A DNA stretch of 63,996 bases, counting the filler, from Rhabdomonas costata (Eukaryota), in the NCBI GenBank assembly GCA_019059605.1. It is 41 parts of 41 records of this genome, joined end to end, with 100 filler letters (N's around TTAATTAATTAA, not from the genome) between each part and the next. Parts side by side here need not be neighbours in the genome. Positions count along the whole stretch, not along the records: positions 12,514 to 13,977 come from JAHMHO010015260.1; positions 14,078 to 15,540 come from JAHMHO010015261.1; positions 15,641 to 17,106 come from JAHMHO010015262.1; positions 17,207 to 18,670 come from JAHMHO010015263.1; positions 18,771 to 20,235 come from JAHMHO010015264.1; positions 20,336 to 21,798 come from JAHMHO010015265.1; positions 21,899 to 23,362 come from JAHMHO010015266.1; positions 23,463 to 24,926 come from JAHMHO010015267.1; 33 more parts are not named here. One strand, given 5' to 3'. The translations under genes and the position numbers were made by a program. This document shows positions 12,858 through 24,918 of the stretch, piece after piece; within the stretch, counting starts at the first letter, position 1, and the number at the start of each line of letters is the position of its first letter. The notes under the pieces are model-generated. The model was not told the DNA's origin, did no database searches, and saw only the letters and a program-made list of their open reading frames with translations.

Positions 12858-14604
12858 TGGTACGAGGGCAAAAGACAGAAGAGACGCGACTTAGGAAAAG
12901 CACGAAGACAGCTCCTTTTTGGGATTTCAGAAGAAGGTTTATGTGCCCACAATAAGGGCCTCAACTGAGGCGCAAACAGGAAACAGAAAAGCGAGAAAGG
13001 TTTCAGCAGCCAAACCAAATACATAAGTGCCTTTACAAGTTGTTTGAGGACAAGACCAATAACAGCTGACATCACCCCGTTAACCCGGAAAACACACCTT
13101 AAAATGAGCGTCACAGAAAACTTGACACCAAGTCTACCGTCTGTGCGGAGCCTATCAGCCAATGCACCATTGTCACTGCCCGACCAGGCAACGGAATTGA
13201 CAAGATTCTATGTAATCATAGCAATAAGCCTGTCGCCGCTGTGTATCTGATCCAGGATGGCACAATAAGCCCCGGACTTCCCGTGAAATGGAGGAGGAAT
13301 TGGGTTGCAGAAGAAGACCGGAGGTAATCCCACTCCCATTTCAGGATGGTGTTGTTCGCAGCCCCCCGTAGTATCGCTTCCCCCCATGGCATATGCCATT
13401 GTAAAGCAAACACCCCGAAGCAAATGTGCCGATCACTTGCCCTTGCACTTCATATGTCCCATAATAACTCTTGTGCTAAACACTGTGCTCCTGTCGATGG
13501 CACTGTCCTTCGGAAAGGTATTAGCAAGTGTCCCATGGGGATGGATCGGAAACCAAACTTCCCCCCACCCCCCTTCGGATTCGTAAAAGGGTTGGTGTGA
13601 TGCCTTAGCAAAGTGTATCCCATACTGACATCGGACAAGGTCATTGCGTCCTCCGAAAGAGTCGGGGCAAGCGCCAATCCTTTCCCAAGACAAAAGCATC
13701 ACCCAAGGGGGATCTCGACAAAAGCAACGGCAAACGGGTGCAGAACTGACCAGGAACATGTGCGCGAAAAGTGCACAGTGGGAGGGACGTGTTGTAATTC
13801 CCCGTGAAAATCCTCAAACACCATAAACTATGTACTCCAGTATGTCTCTATGTACTCCACTCTTCGCGCCTGTTGCAGCAAAACCAATACTGTGCACAAC
13901 ACGCAATCAGGGACTCGCATCAAAAGCGCGACAGCAGATACTTACGGCAACCACTCGGTGCAACCTTCCCACCAACCNNNNNNNNNNNNNNNNNNNNNNN
14001 NNNNNNNNNNNNNNNNNNNNNTTAATTAATTAANNNNNNNNNNNNNNNNNNNNNNNNNNNNNNNNNNNNNNNNNNNNTGTGTTGTGGTAAGGGCGTTAAC
14101 GGTAAGCGTTTTGATACTTTGTGGGCCGATTATTTAGGTCTTGAGGTCAGTGTTCAGCGCGGCCGGAGCGGTCGGGTGAGACAAAAACGTGCGATGGGTG
14201 GAGAATCATGCAAAAATGTGAGATTTTCTGATTTTTTTTTCTGGTTTCGGGCGAAACACTGTTAAACGTTTTTCACCGTTAAACACCTAAACAACACCGA
14301 AACGTTTTCCTTGAAGTGTTTTTCCTATCAGGGGTTTTACGTAGTTTGCTTGTGCCCACTGGGTCATGTTATTTTTCTGAAAGGGGTTTAGGGTGCACTG
14401 TAACGCTGCCATATTGGTGCTAATTTTGGTTCTAGTGTAAGGTTTGAAATTTTTCGACCACTTAATGGCGTTGAACGTTTAACACCCCCCCCCCCAACAG
14501 CCGAAAATCACTGCGAAAAAAAACAGTCTCAATTCGTTGTCCATTGTATCCCTTACATTTTTGGTGTGCTGTCGGCTTCAGAATGGACGACGGCGGGTTC
14601 CGGC

Positions 14605-15370
14605 ATGGATCAAATTCAGCAGATCGCGGTCGTCCTGGCGCCCGGCGGTGGGCTGGGTCTTTGCTGGATCTTCGTGTTCATTTGCTTACGCCGGCGGCAC
14701 AGCGCCAGAGTCGGAGAGCAGGGTGACTTGGGGGAATGGAGAGGGAGAAGACTTCCATTTCTGGCTTTTACAGTTTCTCCGCCGGTGACAACTGGCGCTG
14801 GTGGGGTTGGTGAAGGGTCTTTTTCTGGAGAGTTGGGTTCCCGGTCTGAGGTGAACCTGCTGACGTTTTTTTTCGTGCACTGTTTGGGTGCGCCGGAGAA
14901 GAAATTGGGTGCCGTCTCAGCGCCTCGCGCCCACACTGGATCGTTCACCATACACTGCACACTTCCATGAGCACGTCTTCTGCCCCTTTTTTCGCAATCA
15001 CAGTGCCCCCTTTTTTTTCCCGATCACAGGGCCCCAGCAACCGCACCGTTACCAGCCCACTGCAGTGCCCTCGGCGGTCTCCACTACTGTGCTAAATGTG
15101 AAACCCGGGCATCCAGACAGCCTCATCGAAAGCCTGCCGTGCCACATCTACTCTCTGCGCACTCCCGACACCCAGTCGGCCACCCCAGAGAGCGATCCCG
15201 CGGCCGCCGCAGCGGCACACGAACGTCATTGCACTGTGTGCCTGGAGTGCTTCGCAGACGGGGATGAGGCGCGCACGTTACCCTGCCTGCACCTGTTCCA
15301 CAAGCACCGCATTGACCCGTGGCTGAAACACAGCATGGCGTGCCCAACCTGCCGCACTTTGCTCGGCTAG
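14605..15370 (+). CDS. Single-TM RING-H2 (ATL/RNF-like) E3 ubiquitin ligase, two exons
   Basis: Exon 14605-14722 (MDQIQQIAVVLAPGGGLGLCWIFVFICLRRRH, a TM segment plus basic patch) splices in phase 1 to 15030-15370 (CTVCLECFADGDEARTLPCLHLFHKHRIDPWLKHSMACPTCR*). Confidence 0.85.
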
Positions 15371-16757
15371 CAGAGCTGTCGCCGAGGACACGTTTCTTTT
15401 GGAGGGGGGCGAAGGGCGGAAGCCGGCGACACGATGGCGTGCCGACTTGTTCTGTATTTTTCAAAAGTCCACACTTTACGATCTGTTTTTTTACCCCATC
15501 TGCATGGCAGTCCCCCTGCCTCATCGTTCCCAAACCCACCNNNNNNNNNNNNNNNNNNNNNNNNNNNNNNNNNNNNNNNNNNNNTTAATTAATTAANNNN
15601 NNNNNNNNNNNNNNNNNNNNNNNNNNNNNNNNNNNNNNNNGTGTGGGTGTGTTTGGTGTGTGTTGGCAGCCTGGAGTTTTACTCATTCCGCGGGGTTTCC
15701 GGAAATGCGAAGGGCCTTTTCCACACAGCTTCGAAGTTTTGAAAGAGAAGTGCGCGGAGAAAGATCGGGTCGGCCAGCCTTTATAACATTTTGTGGTGAA
15801 TACCAATCAAGCTTAAAGTTACAAATGTTGACAGTGTAGATGGAAGGAAAAAACATATTTACAGCGGCATAGAAACAGAAGAGAGATGTCTTTGTAGCGG
15901 AAAGGTGGGTTGCCCATACGAAGGCAAAGCACGGAGATACGCACTTCGGCATCATCCAAATGTCGTCCCAGTCACCCAAACAAATTGCTGTATGTGCTTG
16001 AACGAAATGTCGAAATGAATGCTTGAATGCTCTCTCTTCGCCAGCCCCATCAAATTGTGCTCTTGCATTCCTCAAGCAGAACTTTACGAGAAACTCAAAG
16101 TTGTGTGTTAGGAATTTGCACACAATATCGTGTGAACATTTTTATTTCATGAACTAATGTAGTTCTAATGTGGACGCGCAATGGCAAACGCGAAGGGGGA
16201 GCTGGCGAGACGAAATCGCGAAAAATACAAAAAAACTCACCTCAATTTTTTGCTGTCTAGATATCACGCCGTTATGCATGATACTCCCTAAAAAATCAAA
16301 GGATTCCAAGATTCCCATAATGCAGAAACACCGCCCGCATTTACAATGCGCTGGATGGCATTACTGCAGAAAAATGCTCAGTATTTTCTCTCTCTCTCTC
16401 TCTCTCTCTCTCCAAATTATGTATAAAATTGCGCGATATGGCACTGCCAACTGACAAAATACATGTTTTGTGAAATAAAAATGTCTGCGGTGATATTGCC
16501 CGCGTCACCTCAGTGACACATAGCAAGTGAGAATTTCACTTGCTATGCACTTAAGTTGACGATTTCGGACTTAGCGAAAATCCGCTTCGCTGCCTAACAG
16601 CTTAAAACGGGCCTTTTTTCATGTGGGTTTTGACTGAGTTCTCACCTTTGAACGCGGAGCATATTTCCGAGAATACTTTTTTCTGGGCCGATGTGATTTG
16701 CAGCCTCTGACATTTCTCTTCTGCTCTCGTGCTCTGTGCATTCTCGGGCTTGTGATC

Positions 16758-17069
16758 ATGGCTTGCAATGGACGCTGTGGGAAAGCCTGCAGGGCAGGAC
16801 TTCGCCAGCTGCTCTCGCTGAGGGTGCTTCTGGCCCTCTCGTTCATCGTACTGATGGTCATCTCGGGGTTCATCGGCTACTACCTTACTTACCAGCAGAG
16901 CCGCACCAGCCTGCTGGAGATTACCGAGGTCGACATGAAGCAAGCCATTCAGACCGTGGGCACGAAGATCGTGGACAAGGTGTATCATGGGCACGCGATC
17001 AACCTGGCGGAGGCGCTGTACTTCCAGCGGCAGGGCGTCCGTCTGGACAACTTCCTGAACGCGTACCCA
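16758..17069 (+). CDS. N-terminus of a membrane sensor/receptor (TM helix followed by a probable Cache-like extracellular domain), truncated by a fold-back
   Basis: SLRVLLALSFIVLMVISGFIGYYLTYQQSRTSLLEITEVDMKQAIQTVGTKI has the TM1-plus-long-helix pattern of dCache-type sensors and receptor cyclases. Strongly GC3-rich. Confidence 0.55.
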
Positions 17070-17101
17070 TGATACACCTTGTCCACGATCTTCGTGCCCA
17101 C
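16956..17101. repeat. Fold-back inverted repeat of about 42 bp at a contig end
   Basis: 16956-16997 versus 17060-17101, with one mismatch inside the junction microhomology (TGGGCACGCG / CGCGTACCCA). Confidence 0.93.
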
Positions 17102-17224
17102 ACCCCNNNNNNNNNNNNNNNNNNNNNNNNNNNNNNNNNNNNNNNNNNNNTTAATTAATTAANNNNNNNNNNNNNNNNNNNNNNNNNNNNNNNNNNNNNN
17201 NNNNNNTGTTGTTTGTACATTCAG

Positions 17225-18625
17225 GTGCCTGCTTCGTGGGGCAGTGGCACCCTGCACTTCCGGGTCATGGCCGAGGGAACGGACGAGTCTGCGGCAGGAC
17301 GAGGGTGGGTGCAGTTCCTCGCTGACGCTGGGGAGGCCTTCCTGTGTCGCGGCAGCAGCCTGGCTGCGACGGTAGTGTCGTTGCCCTCCTCTGCGCTGGC
17401 CCTCCCGGCGAGCGTTGTGGTGGCCCCGACAGTGAGCCTGGTGCAGGCCATGGCACAGGCCATCCCCACGCTGCCTGCAGTAGGGACCATTGTGGGACAC
17501 CTCCCGCTGCAGGCCTGTCTCAGCGTGCTGCCCCAGCGCGTGGTGGAGGAGCTGGTGGCGGTGCCGTTTAGGATTGTGGAGGAGGTCTGCAGCGTACCGG
17601 CCTGGCTGCTGGAGGAGGTGTGTCCCAAATCGGACCTTGAATCGGGCCTTTGGTTTCTGTGTTGAATCCCGGACAAAAAGATTTAAACGGCATCTGTCGT
17701 CGGATGTCGAAGACATCGGATTGGACCTCAGTTCTGCCTTCAGTTATACGTGACTCTTTCACCTGGCTAGAAGTAGAGACCCGGCGGCAGTGCATGCAAG
17801 AAACTGGGTTGGCCAGTATTTTTTTTTAACGGAATACTGGGGGGGAAAGTAGTTCCCCTAAAAACCCAAAAGAATTGTTCCAGCCTGCACGCGAGTAACG
17901 GTTGTAAGGGTACTGCTTCGACACCCGCCGTTTGTTCATTCGCGAGTCTCTCTCGCTTTGGGTCTGGGTGTTTGCACAGTGCCTGCAGCTGCAGCAGCGC
18001 GTGCTGGACGAGACCCGGCTGCTGGCGTGCTACCCTCCCCTCAGCCCCGCCGTACGCGCGGGCACCGCCCTCCTCACCGCGGGCACCCAGCTGGCCTCAG
18101 CGCATCTTCCCAAGGTGTGCCCTTTGTGCTGGCCTTTTTCGTTGCTTCCGTTCCCGTTAAGGAAAACAAAGCCAAAATAACCAAATCGTCAAGAATTAGC
18201 GTGTGGATGCCCCTGATTCGGAATCCACGAGCCGACTGTCAACCACCACTTAAGCCTTGCCTTTGACCCCTGCAAAAATTTCGTCACGAAATTATTGTTT
18301 GTTATTATCATCCACGGGACATTTTTTTTGCATCATGATGGGGCATTCAACTAGCTCTGAAAACGGTGGGATTGGAAACCGGGCACTGTCCTCCCCAATC
18401 CTCCCAGGTACTCTCGGGGCTGCTGACCTCGCCGGCCCTGCTGCAGCTTGTGAACGGGGTTAGTGGGGGAGCAGGCAGTGGGGACGGGACCAACCCGACC
18501 ACGGGCTCGTTGAGCCCGGCCACCAGCGGCCGCAGTACCCCTCCTTGGGAGGACTCCCCCTCTACCACGATCTCCACCACGGCGTGCTCCACCCCTCCTG
18601 GGGGGCCAACTGCCCCTCCCTCACG
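17225..18625 (+). CDS. Three internal exons of a hypothetical protein
   Basis: Exons 17225-17617, 17980-18114 and 18408-18625 all have CAG acceptors and GT donors, join in phase 0, and are GC3-rich. Confidence 0.75.
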
Positions 18626-19040
18626 GTATGTCTAACATGTAGCCCCATCTTTCCCCTCAACACCCACACANNNNNNNNNNNNNNNNNNNNNNNNNNNNNN
18701 NNNNNNNNNNNNNNTTAATTAATTAANNNNNNNNNNNNNNNNNNNNNNNNNNNNNNNNNNNNNNNNNNNNGTGGGGGTGTTTTGCGGTGATTTTTTTTAT
18801 TGCGTCGTAGACCTCGTGGATCAGTTGAGTCTCTAGTGTCGTCAATGTTGTGTGCCTGTGCTGCATCCATTCATTTCAATGGCGGCGAGTTAGCTCAACC
18901 CGAGCAAGGTCTGGGAGTGTCCTGAACGACTTTATTTAGATGAACGTAGTAAACACTGGGGAATAACACTGAGCAATAAAAAAGGGACTGTGTGTCCATG
19001 AAAAATCACCCCCTCATCACCGCTTTCGGGATCCGCTCAG

Positions 19041-19411
19041 ACGAGGAAGAGGAGGATGACGATGACGAGGATGAGGAGGGCAACGACGAGGAGGGCCTGT
19101 CCTGGGACGAGCTCGAGGCCAAGGCTGCTCAGGAGGATCGTGAGAACCATGGCAGCGGCGACGAGGACTCGGATTCGGACTCCGACCGCGCCCGCCGGAA
19201 ACCCAAACCCAAGCCCAAGCCCAAGCCCGCGGCGGTGGCTCGACCCCCTCCCCCTTCCTCTGCGGCAGCAAGGCCCGGCGGAGGGGCTCTCACCACAGGG
19301 TACATGGTGGCCAAGCCCAAGCCCAAGCCCGGGCCTTTGGGGGTGGGACCACCAAACACTTCCCAAGTGTTTCGGCGAGCATGGCTCCCAAAAGCAGGTT
19401 TGGCAATATAG
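19041..19411 (+). CDS. SPT16: Terminal exon of FACT complex subunit SPT16 (acidic tail)
   Basis: An acidic run followed by EEGLSWDELEAKAAQEDRE matches the conserved SPT16 C-terminal G-x-x-WDELE-x-x-A-x3-DRE motif. CAG acceptor ends at 19040. The 3' end is uncertain. Confidence 0.8.
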
Positions 19412-20341
19412 CGTCAAAAAAGAGCACGAAGGAACAAAGCAAAAAGTCTGAAGAAATAAAACGAATCGTAACTTCCTCCCTCCATGTACTAAGGTGCCGT
19501 TAATTTCGACCTCCTCCCCCTCCCTCTCCCCAAACGGCATCAAGTCCAAAACCGCACATGGGATTCCAACAGCACATGGGATTCCAATAAGGAGGCAATG
19601 TACGTGTAACCTGAAAAGGTTTCAGGATGGATTGGGCCGGGTGTCAAAGGTCCTGGGGGGTAGGGGATTCTGCCGTTTCCCCATAAAAACATAGGCACGA
19701 TATGATTCACCAGATACCTGGGACATCTGGTACCAGGGATACATAATTGACTGCCAGAGACAAGACTAACATGGCATGGCGAACGGTTCTCAAGGACAAG
19801 CGCGAGGATGTGAACCTGGTAGATTCCAAGACGCGGGTTAACAGAGAAGAAGATAAAGAAAGAAGATAAGCACCAATTGGCACCCAAGCTAACGTAACGC
19901 TTACCATCCAATCCACTCTCGGTAACAGCAGCAACCAGCCCAAAGCGAAAACAGCTTTACTGTCATGAAGAAGTCCATTCAAACAGAAATAACATTCAGC
20001 AAGATCAGTAAACACAGGGTTTTCAGAGCAAGGACTGGTGTTTGTGTGAAAGCCAACAAAACAGTCCAGGCAGAGAGAAGTAAATTTCGCAAAGGTGCCG
20101 AACACCTGGGGACAACTGGAAAAGAAACAGGAGTCCAGGGAAAGTGCACCGCGAAAAATCAAGAGGATCAAGCTGATGAAGAAGGACACAAACTCAAAGG
20201 TGCAACGTCTTCTTGAAGACGTGTCACACAAAACCNNNNNNNNNNNNNNNNNNNNNNNNNNNNNNNNNNNNNNNNNNNNTTAATTAATTAANNNNNNNNN
20301 NNNNNNNNNNNNNNNNNNNNNNNNNNNNNNNNNNNTCGCAG

Positions 20342-21669
20342 GGCATCCTGGTCTTCCTGCCTGGGATGCAGGACATCCGCGACGTGGACTGGGCCCTGCG
20401 GAAAGATGACAAGGTCAGAGGGTGCTGCAGAGGGTGCTTTTTTTTAGCAGCGACCACCACAGACTACAGGGAACTCCACAATATACCATCTGTATGCGAA
20501 ATGGAGTTTCTGGTAAAGGTTTTGGACGAACGGATTGCGGTTGAAGGGGTGATCCTGAGATTAAACACAAGGCGCTTATCGTTTTCCCTGGTTCTGTATT
20601 CTCTGAAAGAGAGAACACACCGTAAATGGGAATTGTGCAAACGCGGTAAACGTGGGATCGGAGGAGATTGCTGTGTGCAAGTCCGTATGGTGCATCCTCT
20701 TCGAGTTCGCCCACTTTGCCGGCCCTCCGCTGCTAGACCAATGGCCTTGTGGCGTGATGCCTGAGGTGATGTTCCATACTGCATTCCAGGTCCGTGAGCT
20801 GTGGGTGCTGAAGCTGCATTCTGGGCTGCCGCTGCCAGAGCAGAAGCGGGTGTTCCAGCCCTGCCCGGTGGCCGGGCTGCGCAAGGTGGTGCTGTGCACG
20901 AACATCGCGGAGTCCAGGCATACGCCCATGCCTCTTCGTGCGGGAGCTGGGGGAAATGGGTTGTCTAGACTTGAGAACCTTGCAGCAGTTACCTGATAGC
21001 ATTTGTTGGGCGCAACTGTTCCCTCCGGGCCGCTTCTCTGAGCTGTTTTTTCTCGGGGGGGGGGGCACGCGTCCCCATAACTCCCATTAAAGGCTGGCAG
21101 GGGATTAAGAGGCGATGCACGTGCCCCATGGATTCCAACAGAAGCTTTTGCGACACACATGTTCGTGGGCGTTTTTCCAGAGTGCCTTGGGCCGCTCTGC
21201 GGCCCGAGATAAAAGATACCTCCCACATAAATCTCCTTTATGGGGGGTGGGGCAAGAAGTATTTCCTCCTTTGTTTTTATGACACCGTGTGGAGAGGCCT
21301 CTGGAACCTCGCTTAGGACAGGACGATGAATGATCATTGAAGAGTGCACAACGGGTAGCTCGGGCCCCAAATTGATGTTGGCTTAATGTCCAGCTTCCAC
21401 CATGTCTTGGGATCCCTCAGGATGAAGCACCGACTTGGTTGAGTGCAGTGCTTATTCGCAACTTTTCTAATGCATAATACTGATGCTCCGCTTACCACCC
21501 TGGGTCAAGAGAGGGGAGGGAGCTTCAAAAAACTTTTGAGTGGTGCACAAACTCACTCAGTGTGACGGTCAACGACATCACCTATGTCATTGACTCTGGG
21601 CTAATGAAGGAGAAGCACCACAACCCAGACTCCAACGTGGCGTCTCTGGACTGCCAGTTTGTATCCCAG
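20342..21669 (+). CDS. DEAH/RHA-box RNA helicase (DHX36/DHX57/DHX30-like), RecA2 exons
   Basis: Exons 20342-20413, 20790-20917 and 21561-21669 give GILVFLPGMQDI...LHSGLPLPEQKRVF...RKVVLCTNIAESSVTVNDITYVIDSGLMKEK (motifs IV, IVa and V). Confidence 0.93.
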
Positions 21670-22009
21670 GTCTACTGAAGACCCATTTTTTGAACTCGTC
21701 AGATTTCGGCATTGCCTCAGCAAAATCGAGTGGCTGTCCTGTTTTGCTTTTGCTTTTGCTTTTGCAATGTTTTGACCTCAGCTCGCTCCCCCAACCCCNN
21801 NNNNNNNNNNNNNNNNNNNNNNNNNNNNNNNNNNNNNNNNNNTTAATTAATTAANNNNNNNNNNNNNNNNNNNNNNNNNNNNNNNNNNNNNNNNNNNNTG
21901 TTTTGAGCGAAGTCTGAAGCATTCTGATAGGCGGATGACAGGCGAATGACATTTGATGTTCACTAGTCACAGTCACTGCCGGTGATGAATGGGTCATCCG
22001 TAGGCAGAC

Positions 22010-22218
22010 CTCCTCTTCCTCGGGGTACAGCGAGTAGTCGTAAATTGGGCAGGCGCTGAGGCTGTGCAGCACCACCACGGTGCCCTTGCAGGAGCCCTTC
22101 AGAAAGTCCTTCTGCGGCGCCAGGCTTGCGCTGCTGAAGGCCGGCCATTGCACCACTCGGCCAGGGAGGTACGTGCCGTTGAGGTCGATGGGCTTGCTCA
22201 AGCACCGGTAGCACACCC
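22010..22218 (-). CDS. Exon encoding the catalytic core of an R-S-E type NAD+:protein ADP-ribosyltransferase (ART domain)
   Basis: VCYRCLS...YLPGRVVQWPAFSSAS...GTVVVLHSLSACPIYDYSLYPEEEE contains the YR motif, the W-x-x-FSS-x-S (STS) motif and I-x2-YS-x-YP-x-E-x-E. TAG acceptor and GTCTGC donor. Confidence 0.85.
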
Positions 22219-23683
22219 CTACGAGAGTGTGGAGCTACTTCTAAGAAAATGGTCCCCACTCAAACTTCAAGAAGCACACCACACAAACACAGACAGAGCA
22301 CGTGCACGTGACACAAAAGGCATTTTAAACGGGAAAGGCTCCAGTTCCCCCCTTGCCAAGGGTTGGCCAATTTTATATACGTTTTTTTTTGAATTTTTTA
22401 GTTCATTACTTTCATTTTTTTAACTTTGGTAATTTCACTATGTTAGCAAAGTAAAAACAAGGCTAGTAAAAACGAGGAGACGCGAGCAGAGTGAGAGACG
22501 CGAGCAGAGTGAGATATATTACTCACAAAAAAGAATTTGTGCTGGATTCGGGTCCGCCTTTCGAAGGTTCAATCCCAGGTTCTGGTCAATGTCTGGTCAA
22601 TGTTTAGGGAATGCCAACCAGAAACCATGCGGTTTCTGGTCAATAATCACAAAGGTAGCAGATATGAAACTGTCTTTGATTTGGAGGTTCAAGAAATTTG
22701 AGAATCCCCAGATATTGCCAACACAACAAAACTTCAGGTTATCAGGCTTGTAGATTCCCAAACGTGTTCCGCCCGGGTGCCAAAGCCACTTTACTATTTA
22801 TAAGGCATCGGGATTTTCGCTCCGTGCGGAGGAGGAAGGGAGGGCGTTGGACGTCAAGTGGGAATTCTAAGATGACGGCGCCTCTATTCTATGATGAAGC
22901 CGCTGCCCAGGCAAAGCCAAAAGCAAAAGCAAAAGCAACCGAACGGGCGTTATCCGGGGCTGAGCCTCTTTCGAAGACTGTCCAAAAAGTCCCACCGTTC
23001 AGTTCCTGGTGAAACGCTCCCTGAAGACCGCTTGGATTCGCCCTGCTGGCCCTGAAGCTGCTTCTGCAAAGTTAACACCTGAGCGAGAAAGAGAGGAACG
23101 TGGAAAGGAAGCCAATGGTCATGAAGTGGCGAGGGATTTGCAGAAGCGGAGAATAAACGAGGATTCTCAATTTCATCCAAACCATTTGACCTCATTCGAG
23201 CCGCCAACTCATCTAAACCTGCACCTCCATTTCTCTCCCTCTTGGGCACACTTGATATTTAAGCCGACGCAAAGCCTGCTGATCTTCCACGTCCAACAGC
23301 CCAGGTTCAATGAAAGACGACTTTTGTTCCTCTGCGCGGGCTGAAGAAGAAGACCACACAAANNNNNNNNNNNNNNNNNNNNNNNNNNNNNNNNNNNNNN
23401 NNNNNNTTAATTAATTAANNNNNNNNNNNNNNNNNNNNNNNNNNNNNNNNNNNNNNNNNNNNGTTTGTTTCTGTTTCTTTTTTTTTGGAGGGGTGTTGTT
23501 GTTGTTGGTGATTCTCTTTTTTTTTGCTAGCAACGTGAAATGTAGTTGCCCTGTTTTTGCGTGTATCAGGCCGAGAGTTTCAGTACTCTCAAGTCCTTTC
23601 TTGCGGGGTGGGGATCCGCCCTCTCCGCGGACGTTTGCCTCTGTGTGTCAAACTCCCGCGGCGAACGAACCCGGCAGCCACAG

Positions 23684-23769
23684 GTACTCGGGAGTTGATT
23701 TTGGGACTTGTTAGGACAGCGTTTATCACAAACCGTGAGGAACTGTTTGAATATCTGCGATGCACCTGG
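23684..23769 (+). CDS. Possible exon resembling the winged-helix region of Ski2-like DNA helicases (HELQ/POLQ)
   Basis: The translation ELILGLVRTAFITNREELFEYLRCTW lies between a CAG acceptor and a GTTTGT donor. The similarity is judged by eye over a short stretch. Confidence 0.3.
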
Positions 23770-23898
23770 GTTTGTTGGTCGGTGAAGGGTGGCCCGAGCG
23801 ATGTTCATGTTCTTTTCATTTTTTTCTGTGGTGGTTGTTCTTTCGTTCATTTTTTCTCATGGTTTGTGTGTCCCGCCTTGGGCAAATTGGGTGTATGT

Positions 23899-24918
23899 GT
23901 GCAGTGTACAAACTATACGCGAAGCCTTGATTTTTCCTCATTTCTCCGAATTCGCGAAATCCCATGTTCAGAGTTTCTGTTTGTGCACGGCACAGCGTCA
24001 CCACTGTTCAGCGACGGGTCTGCATACAAACAGCAAACAGAAACAACACATGCGGAACAAGAAGAGAGAAGAGAAGCGAAGGGAAACGCGTGCAGAGCTC
24101 GGACTGCGGGAAAGCACACTTCTGGAGGGCAAAGAGTGGTAAGGGTCAGATAGGGGAGGGGAACGAGACGAGTGGAAGAAAGTTGAGAAAAATGAAGGAA
24201 AGGATGCAGGATGGGAAAATGTTTCTCATTTCATTTCGTTTTGAAAAAACAAAATTTATCATTTTAAACGATGGCGTTTTTGAAACGCATCAAAGAATAC
24301 AAAGCACAGAGTATACAAAAAGCCACATGCAAGTACCCCAGGTCTGATTTAGCTTTGCCTCTTAACTGGGGTCCGCAGCAAACTTGACGAAACTTGATTA
24401 AACCAGAATCTTACGAACGTCCGTTGGGTGGGATACAAAACGGAGATGCTCTATCTGAGGGACGACGTAGATGGTCGAACAATCTCCTTTGATATGTGTG
24501 CGTTGGCGGGGGTTTTTAAAGAGGTTCTGTGTTGTGTTTGCGACGTTGCCTTTGCAAGGTCGCAATCTCCGAGGCTCAAGAACTTTGTCTCGACCATGGT
24601 TTTGAACATGTTCGGGTTGAGAAGGAGGGTGGGTGCCTGTCCCCAGACCTTGGCGAAGAAGGCATTCCCCGGCTCCAACAGGCTCTGCAGGCCACACTGT
24701 GGCCTGAACACACTCGAATCCCATCGTCCTCTCTTTCCGCCTGTGAGTACCGCCAGCTAGCTTCGGACGATGAAGAGGACAAGGCGGTCAGTGAGAAAGA
24801 AGATTGCGAACAGTGGTGACGCTGTGCCGTGCACAAACAGAAACTCTGAACATGGGATTTCGCGAATTCGGAGAAATGAGGAAAAATCAAGGCTTCGCGT
24901 ATAGTTTGTACACTGCAC
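23899..24918. repeat. 111-bp perfect inverted duplication ending at the contig end (fold-back chimera)
   Basis: 23899-24009 is the reverse complement of 24808-24918. Confidence 0.95.
24407..24815 (+). CDS. Alpha/gamma-adaptin-binding protein p34 (AAGAB/Irc6)-like fragment
   Basis: AQELCLDHGFEHV...GEEGIPRLQQALQATLWP matches AAGAB AQEWCIKHGFELV...GVKRIVQALNANVW. There is a frame change near 24550, and the end is destroyed by a fold-back. Confidence 0.6.

Noticed and set aside
16520..16544. TAGCAAGTGA-N5-TCACTTGCTA palindrome upstream of the sensor gene
   Set aside because: A single 10-bp stem with no recurrence, which is not enough to call a regulatory site.
18880..18930. GCGAGTTAGCTCAA as a tRNA 5' end
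   Set aside because: No TTC T-loop or acceptor-stem partner follows.
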